In this document: positions 61,437 through 64,000 of the stretch, one piece after another | How positions within the stretch are numbered: position 1 is the stretch's first letter | Layout: every line of letters begins with the position of its first letter | NCBI GenBank assembly: GCA_013265495.1 | Contig: MU058290.1 | Span: forward strand, 310,001-374,000 | Reading direction: 5' to 3' | Length of the DNA stretch: 64,000 bases | Origin: Vicugna vicugna | Lineage: Eukaryota | The notes under the pieces: model-generated | Database searches by the model: none | The model's input: only the letters and a program-made list of their open reading frames with translations | What the model was told of the DNA's origin: nothing | Translations under genes and position numbers: made by a program

Positions 61437-62790
61437 GTGAGTTCACTCCCACATGGTTTACAAAGCCATTGGAATCCTCAGACATATTAGTCGCCAAATA
61501 TTTCTCGCTATTTTCACTCTTTCCTCAGGGTTTCTTTGGCTTCTGGGTTACTCTCAATTTCTGCTACAGAGGAATTATTTACAGCTTTGCTGTGCCATAT
61601 ATGATCTCTTCACATACTGTAGAGGAGCCTGGAAGTGAGGTGTGATACGAAAAATTCTGAATTTGTCTTATCCCTTGTGTCACTAATTGCAATCATCAAG
61701 ATTATCCTTCAAGCTGTGACATTATGTGATCTGGAAATTAATACATTTTACAACTAATATACGAATACATACTCTTAACTAGAATACTTCTATTACAAGT
61801 ATCTGGGTCTGTATTCTGTACTTACATCTTACTGAATAAATATCATCACTCAGTCATGTCACTTTGGGTCTTTCAGGCCCAAATGATGACTGACCCTCAC
61901 TAATGGAAGGGATCCAGAAAAAAAATTAATTAAGATCAAACTACTGATGACATTGTAAGCATTTGTGATGTTCTGAATCTGTCCCTAAACCAGGATAGAG
62001 GCCTTTCTGAGAATCCTGACACCTCAAGGCAAAACCCTCAAAAATCCTTAAGTAATATATAGATACACTGCTCACTTTAAAAAAATTGTAAATAGAGTTT
62101 TAAGTTAGATCAAAGTTTTAAGGGACTATTTTAATTCAATAGGTAGAAGATAAGACCAAATTGAAAGTCATTTTGTTGGTGTCTGGATGTTCAAACTTTT
62201 CTTGAATTAACCAACTTTGATGAACACTGAAGAAAGGATAGTACATTTGACATTTTTCATTTCGATTATCAGACCACATTAAGATGTCAGCACTTATTGT
62301 TCCAACACTGATCCAGAATAAAAGTGAAGTGCATAAAGATTTCAGTGTGTTGTTTACCTTTTCCACCTCTCTTCTTCTGTTGCCTAACATTTGTGTCTCT
62401 AATTCCAAAGATCCAAGTAATTGAAATTCTGTGTCCAATATTAAGGATCTTTTATATCTCATTCTGTAGATACTAATATATGGTTATCATACCTATTTAC
62501 ATTTGCACGTACTGTCATTAACCTCCAAACTGCTTGTTGCATAAGATCCTGTCTTTATCTGTGAGAAAATTCTGAAAGAGGAATGAGAAAGTCCAAGATT
62601 CAAAGTCTGATCATCTCTAGCACTCTCAAAGTTTGACAGTCTTCAGCAGTATAGTTAGATTATTAGTTATTTAATAGAATACTAAGATCTGAGGGACTTA
62701 GAGGTCTCTTAAGAGTGAATATTCCTGAAGATTAAAGAATAAAGTCATCTTTGTCATTGTCATTCTTTTCTCTCCACCCCTTAGGAAGCC

Positions 62791-63735
62791 ATGAATGTGT
62801 CAGGAGTCAAGACTGTGACTGAATTCATACTCCTGAATTTTCCCTGCTCCAGAGAAGTTCAGGTCCTTCTCTTCATGCTGTTCTTTGTGTCCTATATCCT
62901 CACATTGATGGGGAATGGGGCCATTGTGTGTGCAGTGAAGCTTGATAACAGGCTTCACACGCCCATGTACACTCTGCTGGCCAACTTCTCATTCTTGGAG
63001 ATCTGTTACATCAACACAACTGTTCCCAATATGTTAAGAAATTTCCTATCTGAGGCCAAAACCATCTCTTTCACTGCCTGCTTCCTCCAGTTCTACTTCT
63101 TCTTCTCCATGGGCACCACTGAGACCTTCTTACTGCCCCTCATGGCTTTTGATCGGTATTTGGCCATCTGCCGACCTCTCCACTATCCTACTATCATGAG
63201 CAGCCATCTCTGCATGAACTTGGTGGCCCTCTGCTGGGTAATAGCCTTCCTCTGCTATCCAGTCCCTATTTATTTTATCACACAACTCCCCTTTTGTGGC
63301 CCCAATACCATTGACCACTTTGTCTGTGACCCTGGTCCTTTACTGGCCCTGTCCTGCATCCCTACCCCTGGAATTGAGCTTTCCTGTTCTATATTGAGCT
63401 CTCTTATAATCTTCATCACCCTCTTCTTCATCCTTTGGTCCTACACCCTGGTTCTCAGAGCAGTGCTGAGTGTCCCTTCAGCGGCTGGCAAGCGTAAGGC
63501 CTTCTCCACCTGTGGTTCCCACTTGGTTGTTGTGTCTCTGTTCTATGGAACCCTCATGGTAATGTACATCAGACCAACCTCTGGAAATCCAGCTGGGATA
63601 CAAAAGATTATAACTTTGTTCTATTCATCAGTGACCCCACTTGTAAACCCTCTGATTTATAGTCTCCGGAACAAGGACATGAAGGCTGCCTTGAAAAAAA
63701 TTCAGATCTGCACAAAAATTAGTCAGAGGGAGTGA
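62791..63735 (+). CDS. Olfactory receptor family 11 (OR11J/OR11G-like), 314 aa
   Basis: Intact ORF with N-glycan site NVS, LHTPMY, MAFDRYLAICRPLHY, KAFSTCGSHL and PLVNPLIYSLRN; acceptor tctccaccccttag| 6 nt before gccATG. Exact subfamily not certain. Confidence 0.93.
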   Translation: MNVSGVKTVTEFILLNFPCSREVQVLLFMLFFVSYILTLMGNGAIVCAVKLDNRLHTPMYTLLANFSFLEICYINTTVPNMLRNFLSEAKTISFTACFLQFYFFFSMGTTETFLLPLMAFDRYLAICRPLHYPTIMSSHLCMNLVALCWVIAFLCYPVPIYFITQLPFCGPNTIDHFVCDPGPLLALSCIPTPGIELSCSILSSLIIFITLFFILWSYTLVLRAVLSVPSAAGKRKAFSTCGSHLVVVSLFYGTLMVMYIRPTSGNPAGIQKIITLFYSSVTPLVNPLIYSLRNKDMKAALKKIQICTKISQRE

Positions 63736-64000
63736 ATGGATAAAGATCAGAATTATTATTTTTGTTCATTTCTATTTCCCATTTAAAAGTAGGTCTTTAT
63801 TCATTTGCACCTAGAGATACAGACTCGAATTGATCTATTACTGCCTAGCCAATAATGAACAGTAGTACACTGAATTAAACCAGTCTTTGCTTCAAATCAG
63901 GATTTGGTAGATAGTAACTAGAATCAAATGTCCTGGATGTCTGGACTTTAGACTCTTCTCTTAACCTGATCTCTAATAAGCACTTGCCCTTTTATCAGTG

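Noticed and set aside
1..64000. CRISPR arrays, rRNA genes or prokaryote-type systems
   Set aside because: The sequence is mammalian; no regular repeat-spacer structure or rRNA sequence seen.

Overview
Mammalian genomic DNA, probably camelid because it carries tRNA-Ala-derived Vic-1-type SINEs. The gene order matches the human 14q11.2 CCNB1IP1-TTC5-OR11 region. On + lie the non-coding 5' part of CCNB1IP1 (HEI10), which hosts the snoRNAs SNORD126 and SNORA79B, then an internal CpG-island promoter, three CCNB1IP1 coding exons (277 aa) and ten TTC5 coding exons (440 aa). A repeat-rich spacer with CTCF-like sites follows, then two divergently oriented intact family-11 olfactory receptor genes: OR11H4 on - and an OR11J/G-like gene on +. 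The most unusual element is a ~540-bp CpG-island cassette (56526-57069) inserted into an old L1 between the two OR genes. It has a central CRE palindrome and two near-identical outward-facing splice donors, one of which would join an ATG in frame to the + strand OR. A second oddity is a copy of the CCNB1IP1 splice acceptor plus pyrimidine tract 36 kb downstream. Repeat family names and boundaries were assigned by eye and are approximate.
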